NCBI RefSeq assembly: GCF_964204645.1
Contig: NC_134028.1
Coordinates: forward strand, 5,642,001 to 5,706,000
Origin: Tubulanus polymorphus
Lineage: Eukaryota; Animalia; Nemertea
Direction: 5' to 3'
Length of the DNA stretch: 64,000 nt
Shown here one piece after another: positions 28,001 through 43,000 of the stretch. Numbering within the stretch: the stretch's first letter is position 1; every line of letters starts with the position of its first letter. The position numbers were made by a program, and so were the translations under genes. Under the pieces are notes generated by a model. It made no database searches, was not told where the DNA came from, and saw nothing but the letters and a program-made list of their open reading frames with translations.

Positions 28001-31000
28001 TAAATCGGGCGAATATTGACGTTATAATTTAATCGTATCAGAAAGACAAAGGTGCGCGCTCTACTCGTTTGCGTTTCGCCGATGCTACCGATATATCGCG
28101 TTTTGAAGCCGATGCAGGCTTTACTCGAACACGGAACTACGGCGTATTAATTATCGTTATTTCAATTTGCGTTCCCGTCATATCGTCTCTCTGCGCGAAA
28201 ATGGTCGTTTTTCAATCTGAATTCAACAGATATACGTAACGATGAATCGTGCCCGTCGTTAAAAAAACAATACCGATTCCGTTTTAGTCTATACGGACAT
28301 AAAAGGTTGTTGTCCGCGTGCCAGTTGAATCCTTTCCAAATCTGACTTGTACGGCGCGCTCGCGAGCACTATCTCGGCTTAATGTAGTGAATAATTAAAT
28401 ACCTTTATAGAGGGGGACTTCAAAGAGTTTGGCGTTGTTCGTCGTCATGACGACGCGGGGCGAAGTTGCCGCCGCGCCAGGAACAAGATTATCATCGGCG
28501 GGGTGCCTTTGTCGAACAACGGATGGCGGTACGATCAGGGATCGTCGGTCGACGATCGCATCGATCCGTTCATTCAAAAACATATCCTAAATACGCGGAA
28601 CTCACGCGCACGCTCGAGTGAAATCTAAGGTGGCCACTTACCAGGTTCCACAGTTTTGAGTTTGAGTTAACTCCGAGTTGAAATCAGTTCATTTTCAACG
28701 AGTAAACTGTAAAGTCAAATTTAACTCAGAACTGTGGAACTGGATCCTGGGTCCAGTTTGACAGTTCCGAATGAATTCCGATTTGACTCTGAGTTGAAAC
28801 ATTGATTATGAACTAATTTCAACTCAAGAGTTATCTCCAACTCACAACTGTGGGACTGGATCCGGGGTCCAGTTCGACAGTTCCGAATCAATTCCGATTT
28901 TTTACTCTTGAGTTGAAACATCGATTATGAACTAATTTCAACTCAAAGAGTTAACTCCAACTCACAACTGTGGAACCGAGTCCTGGATATCGGGGAGAAG
29001 TCGGGAATTTTCTTTGCTTTAAAAAAGTCGAGGAATAATCAGGGAATTTTGAAAAAAAAGAGCTTGAAATTAGGGAAAAGTCAGGAAAATTTGTTGAGAT
29101 TGTTAGATCATGTGTATGATCAAACAGTTTCTATGTTTTACGTATTTTACTGTGTTAATTGATAGAATTCTGAGCGGATCAAGTCAGGGAAAACAACGTG
29201 CATGTCAGGCAATAGTGAGGGAAAAAGTGAGTCAAATAGAAGTGGCCACCCTGAAAATGCATTTATCAGGATTCTTACGGGTTGGAAATGTTTGGAAAAT
29301 GGGAATTTCTATATGCCTAATGTCCTTACTAAACATTTCATAACAAACTTTATGAAAACACTTTGTCGATGGTATTGATAATTGGCACTTATTCTACATT
29401 GCCTGTTCTAGGTCGGCGATGTGTAGTTTAGTTTTATGGAAAAGGTCATGAAAAATTTAAGGAAAACGAAATTGGGAAACTGTAAATATCTTCTTTGATA
29501 ATACCGAAATACTCAGGGGCATTAATTAGTGGAAAGGTGACGTGAAATGCTAGGCTTTTTTACTGAAAATAGATTTCCGATACCGTGGAGCCTCCTTATA
29601 ACAAACTCACATACAATGACTGATCAGATGTAACAAACTAAGAAATTTGTCCCTAAGTAATAAGGCAAGTTATCTAATTTTATACTGAAAACAACTAAAT
29701 ATTGGGTCGTAGGCCTTCAAAACAGATGTTCTAACCCCTGCCGTTCATTGTAATGAGTTTCCACTGTAGGCCTGTATCGACATTTGTGAAATAATCCACG
29801 ATCACATGGAAACGGATTTAGCCCGGGCCAAATTGGCATGAATCTGGCCCGAGTCAAATTTGGTCCGCTGCATCGGCCTAATCTGGCCTGGGCCAATAAT
29901 GCTTGCGTGATCGCGGCTAACACAAGACCGGTACCATGCGAGGACAATTGTGCCAGAAGCCTGAATTTTCAAAAAACAATTTCTCGATTATAAATTTAGT
30001 TCACTATCGGAAAAGTGAAGACGTAGAAGATAAGAACTTCTTTCTTCGCATTGAACTGAAAGCTGTCATCATCCATTATCAAATCGAATTAGACTCGGGA
30101 CTGAATTTCACGGTCACAATTTGTCCGAATTAGTTACCGAAGAAAAGACAGAATATTTCCAAACTAAGCGTCGAGGGAGGAAGAACCGTCAGACATGCTA
30201 CGCGTTGATCGCGACGCGAGCGCTAATTATTTTTTCCCTGTCGTCGTCGTAAATAACGTCAAGTTGTTTGCATAATAAACGAAGTGGTTGATTAAACCGA
30301 ATTCGATGTTACTCGTTAAGGAAGTATCTTATCGCGCGATACCGTCGTCGTCGTGCGGACGGACGGGTCGTACGGATGCGGTCGCGGCGCGCGAGATGAC
30401 TCAATTCGGTTTATATCCCGCTCGCTAGATCGTTACGAAAACGGCGCTAATTTACGACCTCTTCGAACGCAGCTAATTCCGTCAACGATTCTAATTACTC
30501 GTTCGGCTCGTTTGAAGTTGCGCCCGAGCAAAATTTTCTCGACACATTTTTGAAACATTTTTTTGAATTAGGTTGGCCGCTTCCCGCCTGGTTTACAAAT
30601 CCTCTGTGTTTTCCTTGTGATAATTCCCTCGTGAATCAGGGAAATTTCTAGATTTGAAATGTTACGATTCATTTATTCATTTTTCATTGAATCATGTATT
30701 GATAAAGAACTAAGAAACAATAAGATCATCTGAATTCCCTTCCAGGTTTTGCAGGTTTTTGGTGAGAGTTGGTGAAATATTTTATGAGTTTTACCTGATT
30801 TTTATGAGTTTTCCAGGTCATTGGCCAAACTGATTATTAATTATCTTTGCATCTTGGTATATATTAATATATATAAAAATATGTCTATATATGTGTATAC
30901 TCCGAAAATTCATGAATTTTTATGAAACCTAAGGAAATTTAGCATCTCGTGTCACGGCAGATTTATACGGTTTCTCATTTAGAAAAATCTTCTATTTTGA

Positions 31001-34000
31001 GCGTTTGATGAGGGAGAACTTCTCAACGGAAAGTTTACTGAAACTTGTTTTTAGACGACGAAAATCTATATCTCAAACTTTCAGACAATTTGAAGCGTTG
31101 TTTTGATATGGCTTCGGTATAATCATCATTTCTATTCTGACCTATACAATAAGGCGCACGTCTTAGATTCATTATTCGGAAGGAAGCCTCTTAAATTTCT
31201 TGAAAACGCACCACTTTGTGTCGCATCGTGTCAACAGGCACCAATCTGTTGTTTCACACGCCTACTTTACCTATGTCAATTTGACTTGAATTGATATATC
31301 GGCTCTCAATACAATATCTTAACATTAAGTAAAGTTTGTTCTCATACTCTGAAGCTGTCGTTAGTTCGATATGTTGTTGATATGAAATGTTATATCTTGA
31401 ACATTGTCAACGACCCTAGCCTGACTGACTGGCTAATATAACAGATAGTCGTCAAGTTTGAAACTAGCTCCGTAGTCTGAAAATAGCTTCATTCTATTTT
31501 CATGACAATATGCATTGACGGTTAACACTCCCCTTAATATAACTGTGGTTTGTGGTTTAGAAAACTTTATTATCTAGAAATGTTGAGCAAACCATTCAAT
31601 ATTCGGTAAATGTTCGATCCTACAAACAAGCGGTATACACAAAATGGCAGCCTTTTCAGCCGCAGAAATTAGGGTTTAGTGTCAAGAGAGTTAGTATCTC
31701 GAGGGGTCGGGTATATATTATTAGGTTAAGATTCGGATGATAAGTAGTGCAAAAGTTGTGGTTCCGGTAGTTGACCTTGTTAGCTCAGGTGGTTAGAGCG
31801 CACTGCGTTGGTAAATCTAACATCTTCCTACTGATTGTTCCGATTTGACTGAATTTTCGTGCTTATTAGTCGCGATCATACAGATACAATTTGGACTGGG
31901 TCAAAATGGGCCAAAAGACAAATTTGGGCCATGCATATTAGAGGGCGCATTCACAAGCAAACCACTCACTCAATACTAAACAATGCTCAAAAAGTGAAGT
32001 GAGTCACTTCCGGAACCGGTGGCAATGATTTGGCGTGGGCCTCGTACGAAGTATTTAGTAGGGCCAAACAGGCATGGGCCCATGTGAACAGTTGTTCCGG
32101 GCCTGATTTGGCGGATGCCAAATTTTGCCCAGGCCAAAAGTGTTCGTCTGATCTCGGATATATAATTACATCGTTTAAGACGTGCAGCCTCAACAAATAA
32201 CCTCCCTGTTTTCATTCTGCTATATTTCTATTTGGAACAATTATCGGAAAGAATGAAGAACGACATTTTATTTCATTATCTATCGCTCAGTCGATGCAGC
32301 GCCATAATTGATGATCTCGTGGACTCAGTCGAATGCTTTTTGCGTATCCAATATCTTCCGTCGCCGTCGTCGTCGTCAACGCCGTGGAATATTGCATCAT
32401 TTAGCTTTGATCATTATCCGTAGTCCTCCTCCGTCATCGTCATCATAATACTGCAGGCGAATACCGAGCTCTGTCTCATCGTAGGAATAAAAAAACCATA
32501 CGTACTCGACACTTGCGTACGACTCCTTCATTCCTCCTCAAAACTCATTCTAAATGGAAAATGCATTGAAACTTTGCAAGGTGCTTGAAACTTTCTTAAA
32601 GTTGAGCAAAATGTCCAGAACTCCTTCACGTTTGAGAAATAGGCAATTAGAAATTTTTTTATTAAACTAAAGACCTAAATTGGTAGTGTTGGCATAAGAT
32701 TTTTTTTACGTAAGGCAGTTGCCAAATTAGAAATTTAGTTTACTTAGTGTAAAGGATAAAAGTTTGCTTAGGAAACCACTGCATAAATGGTTAACTGAGA
32801 TAAACAGTACCGGTTTAGAAGGAGTCTATGGTTATTGGAATATGAAAGTGATGCAGACAGACACTTCCTCGAAATTTGAAATTTTCTCCTTGAAAACTCC
32901 TTATATCCAGGAATGACTGATCTGTAGTGACTCGGTAACATATTTTGACGGGGATAATTACTCAATATTGTATAACTACGTCAAAAGTGACGTTAGGAGG
33001 GATGCGTACACGAGCCATGCACGCACGAAAGGATATTAAATCTCGTTTCGTCGATTTTGTCATCATCGTCCTCATCATCGCGCGGCTACTAGAGAGAAAA
33101 TCGACGAAATTTCATTATTTATATAACGTTTGCCGGCGCCGCGTCGTGAGAGACTGCTGTGGTTCGGAGGAACGGGGCTGAACAACTGCCCGCAGGTCTC
33201 GCAGCCGTACGTAGCTCAATTTCTATGCAAATCGTCGTCGCGGACAAAGACAACGCCGCCCGACGTTGAGTAAATAGAATTTGCGGTAACGACGAAAATA
33301 GCAGACGCTTCAAAGTTAAAAAGAGCGATATCCGATATTGCTGATGTTACAATCGGATCTGTCGTCTAATTCGATGATCGGTCGGTCGAAATAAACATTT
33401 TCCGAAATTAGTTTGTTCTGGGACTCTTTCGAGGCGGCCGTCGACTTGGAAAACCTGGAAAACTCAGGGAATCTAAAGAAATTCAGGGACAACTCGGGGA
33501 ATTTGACAAATTTTTCCAAAAACCTGGGAAAACTGGGGGAATTTAAATAATCTTATTAACCACATGTTTCTTAATTAATACAGGATTCTTTGAAATTAAT
33601 GAATTGTAAGATTCTAAACCAAGAAATTCCTTGGGATCAACTATGAGAATTTTGTGTTCTAACATGGAAAAATCAGGGAAGTTGTAAATTGGTGACCACC
33701 CAGTTATTATTCTGATGATTTTTTCACTATCCAGTTTAAGCACTTTATTTGGCCATGCAGTTATAGCCCAAAGAAAATTTAGCTCTGGCACCACCGTTAT
33801 AAAACTTTCCTTTAAGCTAAAATTTGACTATAACCTAATAGTCATCTTCAGGAACTACTTGTCTGAAGATGACTATTACTAGAAGGTAATTTTGAGTTGA
33901 CCCTTCTATTGAATCCTCAAAGCAGTTACTATAACGAATGATTTTGGACGAATTAATGGTTATTTGATAGAAAATGGAAGTTTTTTAGATTAGGATTCTT

Positions 34001-36991
34001 GTTGGTATTTCTAATCCGCGGGCGGGACAGGCGATATTACGGAGCGATGGCCGATGAATAGTCGGAGGACGACGGACGGATCGGTTGTTCAGCGCCGTCG
34101 CCGTCGCTAATAGCGCTCGGCGGCGTGACAGATTCGAGGCGTAATGATTTATAGAGGTAGATCTACCCGGATGATACGACCGGCGCAAAGTGTTTGATTT
34201 ATATAAGTCTGATACGCGTCTAAACATCCGTGCGAGTAATGGAATGTCCTCTCCCTCTCTCTCTGTACAGATGAGTCAGTAACAGATTACGCAGCAATGG
34301 CAGTTAGCGATGCATTCATGGGTGACATTGTTCCACACACACACGTTCGTCTCTATACAAAAACGTGTAATCAATGATCTGACGGAAAAGATGTCTTAAT
34401 CCATCAATATAAACGCCTACGGCGGAATCGGATATCGGCGGCACGCTCGGGTGGACGGGTGGAGGAGATGCGAAATCGATGTCTGATCAGTTTTCGTATC
34501 ATCGTCTCATATATCATATACATCACTCGCTGTCACTTGTTAATTGCGTCGTGTTTTTGAACGGAAAACGGATCGTATTCAACGCGGCGGTTGATCGTAG
34601 GGATCGCGTTTGTTTCACAGAAGATTTACTTTTCGATAGGTGCGGATCTATATTCGGGGAGGGGCGCACCCCGAAATAAGGCATATCGTGTATGAGGGCG
34701 CTCCGAAAGAGTGTTCATTGGGAAAAAATAAACTCATTTTTGGAAACACAGAGATCAAGCTTATGAATTTAAACTTCTTTAGGTATCGGTTTAATACATT
34801 TAATTTCGCCGTAACATTTCTGGGCAACTTGAAATTTTTAGTAGCCCCCTGCACCCTCCCCTTGGATCTGCTGTAAATCTTTATTCTGGTTTCTCAACCA
34901 TTTGTTAATCTTCATTCTGGGTAACCTAACATAAATACTCTGTATGCATTTTTGCTTATACTCATATTCGAATAGATCACCTGATACTAGTGCTTACAGC
35001 TGATTGGTTGACCTTACAGTACCCCTGTACCCCTTGATAAAGAATAACTTCAAGTCATCAACTTGCTTAAGATTCATTTAGTATCTGATCACGAAAGTTC
35101 TTTTCTGACATCTACCTCAGGAATTAAGAAGAAATTAACATGTTTCATTCTGAGGGATGCTTAGCATTTGGAGGATATCGCAGAGAATGTCCCTTGACTG
35201 TAGTTGCTCATTATAGCCATGATAATGAGATTCTGACATAAGCGCACTTAAGAGCTGGCTTTACTGACCTGAAACTTAAACGCCGTACAGCCCTACAAGT
35301 GCACTTATGTCGTATCATCTCTTACTGTCTCTCTGGATGTTATTATCGACAGTGTATATGTCCCCACTAATTGAATGGTAACAGGTGTGGCTAGCTTGTA
35401 TACGTCGTTAGAAATAGGGAGGCAAAAATTACTCTCTTCCACCGTGACTTGACATTTAGACGTCTGAAAAAAAGTCACAAAGGATTTCTCATCTGCGCCG
35501 TATTTATAGAAGTTCCGCATTCGGCCTCATAAGAAACGAGGTTTTCCTACAATGCAACACTAATGCATGATAGCTGTTTCGTGGCTGGGGGACCTGTTTC
35601 AGTCAATTAATGGCATGCGTTTGTTCAATAATCTTGACTCACCCACATTTCAGATAGTTTCACATCAAACGTTCGTACTGCTTTCTATCAATAAACCTTT
35701 CCTATCGTCATTAGCGTTCTCTCTGCTCTTGCGCGTTTTTTTTTTCGCTGCGGCAATCGTGACATTTCCACTTTGACAGCGTCTTGACGTTCGGCTTCGT
35801 GAATATTGGATACGCGGATGAAGGCTGATGTTTCTTTTATGACGACTGTTATTTAGAACGGGAATTGCTCCACAGAGGCGATAAGGATAGTATCACGATT
35901 GCATGTCATTCCTCCAGTATTGAGCTATGGTCTTTAACAGGGTTTCCAGCGGTCCTTCCAAGTCCTTCTTTGTCCTTCTTTCGGAAAAAGTTTGTGGACA
36001 AATATCACCTTCGTTCTTATTTTTGACTCCAAGTCCTTCCTTTTGATAAAAAAAAGTCTGTCAAAATTTGATTTTTATGTATTTTCGCGCTCAATTTTGT
36101 CGCAAATTCGACTGTTGAAGTATTTTATTGCTCAGGCCTGGTAATTCAGTTGTCAGTTAGATTGAATATACATGTAAGTGTTATAGAATTACCCTGAAAT
36201 AGTTCTGTGGTATTTTGTAAGATAAATTACTATGTTCTATGAAAATAAAATCAATCAATCAAATGACTGGTCTACACGGCTATAGCATTCCGGCAAAGGC
36301 ATTGTGAAAATGCTCCCTTATAGGCCCTCATTTTACTGGAAATTACTTCTTTCTGAGTCAAAAAGTCCGTCCTTTTGGGGTTGAAATTGCTGAAAAGGTC
36401 CTTCTTAGTACTTCTTTTTACCCTGGCCTTACCACTGGAAACCCTGTTTAATGTCTTTTATTCAGTTTTAAAGACCAAAATGGTCTATTTTATAGCCAGA
36501 CACACCAAGGTCAGGGCAGAGTTTCTTCACTCAGATATTGAAATAGTATAGTAACCCTGCCCAAATACGTATATGCCAGTTGCAGGAATTTGATTCTAAT
36601 AACAATGCCAAGCGATTTTCAGAAATCATTTCTCAGAAGACACTGCAAAGATACTGAACAAAATCCACAGTCGACGATTTTGCGATTTATTTTCCCGACG
36701 GTTTTGAGTTTTGACTAAACTTCATCATCAGAGAAACCGAAATAACATAATAATGGTATACAGTAGTTTGAAAATATAGACGTTGAACTACAGCGTACCA
36801 TTATTATGTTATTCTAGTTTTTCGGGTGATGAGATTTAGTCAAAACTTCAAAACTGTCAGAAAATAAATTGCGAAATCATAGTGGGTTTTGTTCATTAAC
36901 TCTGAATACAGAGATCAATATCAGTCCACCAGTCATACCACAAATAATAAACTAGTGTATTACATCGTTATAATAGTGCTTTACAATACTG

Positions 36992-37047
<56 letters not shown>

Positions 37048-40000
37048 CAGAAAAAATTATTTGAATTTTTATTGGCGATTATAACAGGTAGTTATAGAAA
37101 ATGCGACGCGTTGCGAACATTGCCGACTAAATGATCAACGAAATGATCGCGCGTTTATTTCATGATAAAAACTACTAAAGCAATAAACGTAACTGTGAGA
37201 AACCTCGCGATCAGTCGGTAATAACTGTAATTTCATTATCGTTCATTTCTCAATTCACAGTTCGCAATAATACGCAGCTGTATGTGTATATGAAATTACA
37301 CTAGGCCTTGTAGTCGTTCACTCAGATTTTCATGTATTATATTCAATGATATCAGTCGATGGCTCTCAAACTGTGAATTCAAATTCTCTATCGGTTCTCG
37401 CGGATTTTTTCTCGCTCGTTTGAAAGTACTTAAGTAGCGATATAGAAAATCCTTAACGCATTCCGTAATTGTGTCTTATCGCGGGCACCGCACGAGTAGT
37501 TATCGCATTTTTATGCCTAGATTTATTTCAATGTCGATGTTTTGTGATTTTCTCTTTTTCGAGAGGTTTTACGCCTTCAATTTCTGGAATATTCATTTTC
37601 AAAGATTTTTACACGCATGTATTTAAAGATATTATTAACCCTCTACTTTCCAAGCCCTCAAATATGGTGACAAGTTAGAACTTCGCACTGTGTTGCAAAT
37701 ATGAACTGATAGACAGAATGGACGTATAAACAGTAGTTAATACGTCCATGATGTACCCAAGAAATCAGTGCCTAGTTTCTGGATATATACCCAAACTCTG
37801 TTATCTGGATTAAAATCATTGTAATTCAGCCTCTTGCATCCTCATTACGTCTCAGACCAGATCGAAATTATTGAAACATGACTCAGTGGTCAACAACTGT
37901 ACAGGGATTATGGATATGTATTTATCAAAGTCATCTGTCGAGATCTCAGATAATATGAATACATTGTGCTGCATTCTAGTTATAATTCAGAAATGAAAGA
38001 TTCTCAATTTCCATTCGTTAAACGCATCGCGACCTTTCATCGAAGTTGATTTCAGGCGTATTGACATCGAATTACTTTTCAGAGGGAGATATCGACGACA
38101 TCGGCGGGTTCTGATTTGATTGACCAGTCGTCCAGATCGGTCTTACTAGGTCGAGAGACAGGGGGAGGGGGCGATAATGAGAGGAGACTCGGTGACGATG
38201 TATCTAATATCGCGTATCATCACCTCGTAAACCACGCCTCATCGTCGTGCCTACGTTTATTGTATTATTACGAACGTGATTCAGTTTTTCAGCCCGCGGG
38301 GCGCTCCCCGCTGACGCTAATGTCTTCCGTCTAAACATTCTCTCATCATCCTCGTCGTCGTCGTCGGGGATGAAATCTCGTGGATGATGTAATAACGGAT
38401 CGGTGTCGTCGTGTAAAAATGGCGCGATTGATTTTTCATCTCTCTCTCGCGTGCACGTACACATACGCCGTACCGTCATAAGCTACGTACGTCGTTCATT
38501 CATATCTCCGGGATGGATCCAATAAGGTCTTCGTAAAAATATTAGAAATATCCGACGTGATTCCTTTAACGCCAGATTTTGTATCTATTTCGCCCTCGAC
38601 AAATTTGGCTTGGAACAACTGTTTACACAGGAGCCAAATGTGTCCATACCTGTTTGGCCCAAGAAAAACGTCAGACCAGGCCCGAGTCAAATTTTAGCAT
38701 GGGTCAAAAAATGCGTCTGACTTGTCACCTGGTTCCAGAAGTGACTAGAATTTTGCCTCTCAATCTGTCCCTGATTCAATGCTGGGGGCACTATGAACCT
38801 CCATAACTACTACTACCTGCTATCTGCCATAAAAACTTTGACATTGAAAAAAGGATCTATTTATTCAGTTGTGTCAACTCTCTTAAGTGCACTAAGAACA
38901 ACTTTTATCTTGAAGTTTTTTTTTTGTCAAAGAACGACTTAGACCAGAAATCTCTTGTCTACGTCGAGTATAGTTTATTATAGTATTTACATGAACGAAA
39001 ATAAAACAATCTTTCATTCAAAAAACCCCTTGTTTTACAAGAATAACTCGGGTTTTATTGACTTCATCGTCTATAACTCCGTAGATTATGTGAAGTTAGA
39101 TTAAACAAACGAGTTTCAAAGAAATTATTAAACTTTGTGTTTAGGTCGGGTAAATAATAATGACATTTCTCGGTCAAATTTCATAAAAATCGAGTGCAAG
39201 TTATTCGGTTTGACCCGCGACCGACCGTTAATAGGCTCGTTGGATGTTTGATCGCGAAGGTTATGCCTCCGAAATTAGCTTCCACGCAAATAAAGTCATA
39301 AACATTTGGTGAATCATGTTTATAGCCATCTGATCAAATGAATCATGGGCCATTTGTTAATATCTCCGCTGCTGAGATGGTGGGATTTTTCACGAATATT
39401 AAGCCGCCGCTATATGACCTGTGAGGGTCACGAAGCTCCCTCGCGTGCTTGTGTGGCTCGTACGACAGAAACCTGCTTGTCATAATGATTTATTGAGCCC
39501 GGCAAATGTCGTCATGCATAATTTCAATGTTGTGATTAACTGAACTTAAGTTCATCGTTTTACTCATTGGCGTGTTGTTGCTCGTCAGCCGCATACGATC
39601 GATCAAATATTTCAATGAATTTATCCACTTTGAAATATTGCGGGCTTCCATTTGAATGGGGAGAAAGGTTTGCGCTGTATCTAGACCGAGATGAATTTCA
39701 TCCCGATGCGCGAATAGCAGCACACGCATCTCTACCAGATCTGACTGGGGTGTGGCAAGGTCTCGTAATGTCACCACCAAGTTCTTATTCTTGAACGTGT
39801 ATCTTGAGCAAAAGGTTTTTGACCAGGACCTGAGCCAAATTTTAGACCAGGTTAAATGAATATGTGTGAATGCTAATGGGTTCTGAAAGTGACCTCGCTT
39901 GCCACAGCATCATTTTGATATCATTTTGATAATGAGTGAGAGTGGTTTGCGTGTGAATCTGCGCTCTCTAATTCGGGCACAGACCAAATTTGATGCTGAT

Positions 40001-43000
40001 TCAGACCAGTTTTACCTGGGCCAAATTGTCCCTGTGTGATCACAGCTTTGTAGATATGTTTATCATATTGGATGAAGAGAGCTCTATTTCTTTGGAAAAA
40101 ATGCTTTTCCATGTATTCAAGTATGGCTAAGTTTATTCAGTCAGATTTCTATTATCTTAAATTTTGTTAATCAACGCAGATGACTCCTGCAAGAAAATTG
40201 TTTAAATTCTAAGATACTAAGAAAAGCCTTCTATGCAAAAGAATTCTTATCACTCCAATTTCAGGGATAAGCTAGATTTATCCTTATCTGAGAATGTTCT
40301 GATTAATTTCTTTGATGTTTGAAGTTTTTTTTGTCGTCGTTAATTCGAGAAGCTTTCTCAAGGATATCGGAGGGCTTACTTTCATCAGAGCTGATTACGC
40401 GAATAGATTTCGTAGCGCAATATAATTCGACAATCTGTCGAATTCTCTGATTTCTCCTTTGTTAAATTCGCAGATCAAAGCACTTGTTTCTTATGAGATA
40501 TTTATCCTTAGGGATTTTATTATGGAATCTGAAGGGATTTCGTTGCTGCAGCCTCGTATACACGCAGCACATGCTTTTATTGTCGCTGGATGACAGGATT
40601 CGCCTGGTCATTTATCATCCGGCTTGAATTTTTGACATAGAGCATGGGGGACACATTTGTTGCAGCTAAAGATCTGCGAGACGAAATCATGCTAAAGCTC
40701 AATGCACATAACGCAGAAGCAGAAACATGGAAAAAAATGTTTGATCTCCATGAAACCATGTTTCTGGTTTCTCGTAAACGCACACGACACAAGGAAATGC
40801 TAGGAAACATGTTTCTGTTTCCGTTTTTTCTGTTTCGATGGTCTCCATGAAAACCAGGGTTTCGGGAAACAATGTTTCCAAGATCAAACATATTTCATTC
40901 CATGTTTGGGAGTTTCCATGTTGCTTGGGTTTTTACTGATACAGGGAAATGGCATGGAAACATGTTTCCGTGTTTCCTTATATCGTGTGCATTGGCAAGA
41001 GTAAGGGTTAGCTTAACAATCATGACACTTTCATGTTCATCATTTTTGTGGTTTTGATTTTCTTGCAGGTGAAACATTCCACGTGACGCAGACTGATTCA
41101 GTAATACCGGCCGGTACGTCTGCCAGTGACCCATGTCCCATACACAGTCAACCAACCGCACCACATTCCAACAACGACGCCGCAGCCATCATCAAACAGA
41201 ATCAACTTCGCAGTTTGTCATTTCGTCTTCCGAAACAAAAGGAAAACAAGGATCCGTCACCAGGGGGCCTCGCAGCAGCGGCAGCCATGCGACCGGGATC
41301 GATACGCATCAATAACAATCGGCAACCGATTCACATTCGGCCGCCAGTCAAAAATACAAATATTAAGTCGAACAACCTGAAAGATAATGGTGAGTAAGAT
41401 GCAGTTGTCAAAAGTGTCTGCTCAAATTCAGGATCCAGTTCCTCAGTTCTGAGTTGAATTTGACTATAGAGTTAAAAACCTTAGAAATTAACTGATTTTA
41501 ACTCTGAATCACACTGTGGAACCCGGTCCAGGAATTGTGAAATTAAGCTAGAAAATTGGATTTTATGAAATGATGCATCTCATCCTTAGTCTTGGACCCG
41601 AGCACAGTTGAACATATAATCTTCGCAGATTCACTGTTCACTCCTTTTGAAAAATTGAAATGTATATCACCGTAAATCTTTTGCTTATTTCAGGAAAAAC
41701 GGAAAAACTATCATTCCTCGACAAGTTATTCGGTCGTTACAAAAAGAGGGAGCCACCGGAGAAAGACGTCGAATACGCTACATTTTCTGGTCAGTTCCCG
41801 CCGCCGGAGTGGCAGTGGTATGCTCAAACTCGTCAGGGCGCTTGTAATTACATCGTGCCGAAGTCTCAATCGTGGCATAATTCGGTGAACGGAGCGCCGC
41901 AACCTCAACAAATTCCTGAATCTCAAACTCTGTTCTCCGACATGCACATGTACGCGTGTATCGGAACGCGCGACGGTTCCGTTTCGAGCGGAGGAGCAGC
42001 CGCGTGTACGAACATGAATCGCCGATTCTGTATGACTCCCGACCCGGCGGAAATGTCGAAGCTAGTCAGTGCGTCGCCGCCGAACACCGTCTCGAATATC
42101 AGCGGCTCGCACGGGAATATCATCGGCGCGACGAAGCAGCCGACCGTCGTCAAGCGGCGCTCGCTGCGACGTAGAAAATCGCAAAACCGCAACAGCATGC
42201 CAGTGGCGCCGTCCGCCGCGGAACGGTGGAACGATACGATGAATCATCATTTCACGAAAAATAACAATAACAACGCCGTTCACTGTAGACGATCGATGGG
42301 TTATTATCCGTACTTTCACGGTAACGATATTCACATCGAATACGAAGGTAAACTACCGTCGAAGAATTCGACGTACGCGTTATCGCGGGATAGCGGAGTA
42401 AACTGCGTCGGTAAGGGCCCGACGCCGCAGCAGCCGGTCGTAACCGGTCGACAAGAGACGTGTAAAGCGCCGGTCGTCGTGGGACGTCGCGCGATGAGGG
42501 ACGCCGCGACGGCTAGCAGTAGCGGGCCGCAGTATCCTTCGCCGTGTCGTAGTTCGGAAACGTGTAAAAATGATCGCGATCACGCGCGGCAAAACAACGA
42601 CGAAACGGAAATGGAAAATGTTCCGTCGACGAGCGCCAGGTTGAGCAATAGTGATAGTATAGATAGAACGGACTGTGATGTCGCCGGTCGGTCGAACGAA
42701 TCGGAAATCGACGCTGAGTTCGTCGGAAACGACGCCAACAGCGATCGTTCGTTCGTCGTCGAAAGCGAAGGCGAAAGCAGCGCGAAAAGTTTCACCGGGA
42801 AATTACTGACGTGCAGCGAGAAATACCCGTCTCTGGGTACGGTAATCGAGGTACAACCGCCGGATGACGAGGATGACGGCGCAGTGTTCGAAGGTTCGCC
42901 CGATCAGCCGGCCGAATATTCCGGGGACTCGTGCGCGAATTCGTGCGCGCTCGAGTTCGACGGTCGCGGCATGTTACCCGAGTGCGATATGCTTGACGTC

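Noticed and set aside
31773-31850. Functional tRNA gene
   Set aside because: Only the A box/D arm is present; no T arm or acceptor partner.
40577-41164. Cluster of overlapping short ORFs with MF/ET repeats
   Set aside because: Produced by GGAAACATG subrepeats of a MITE.
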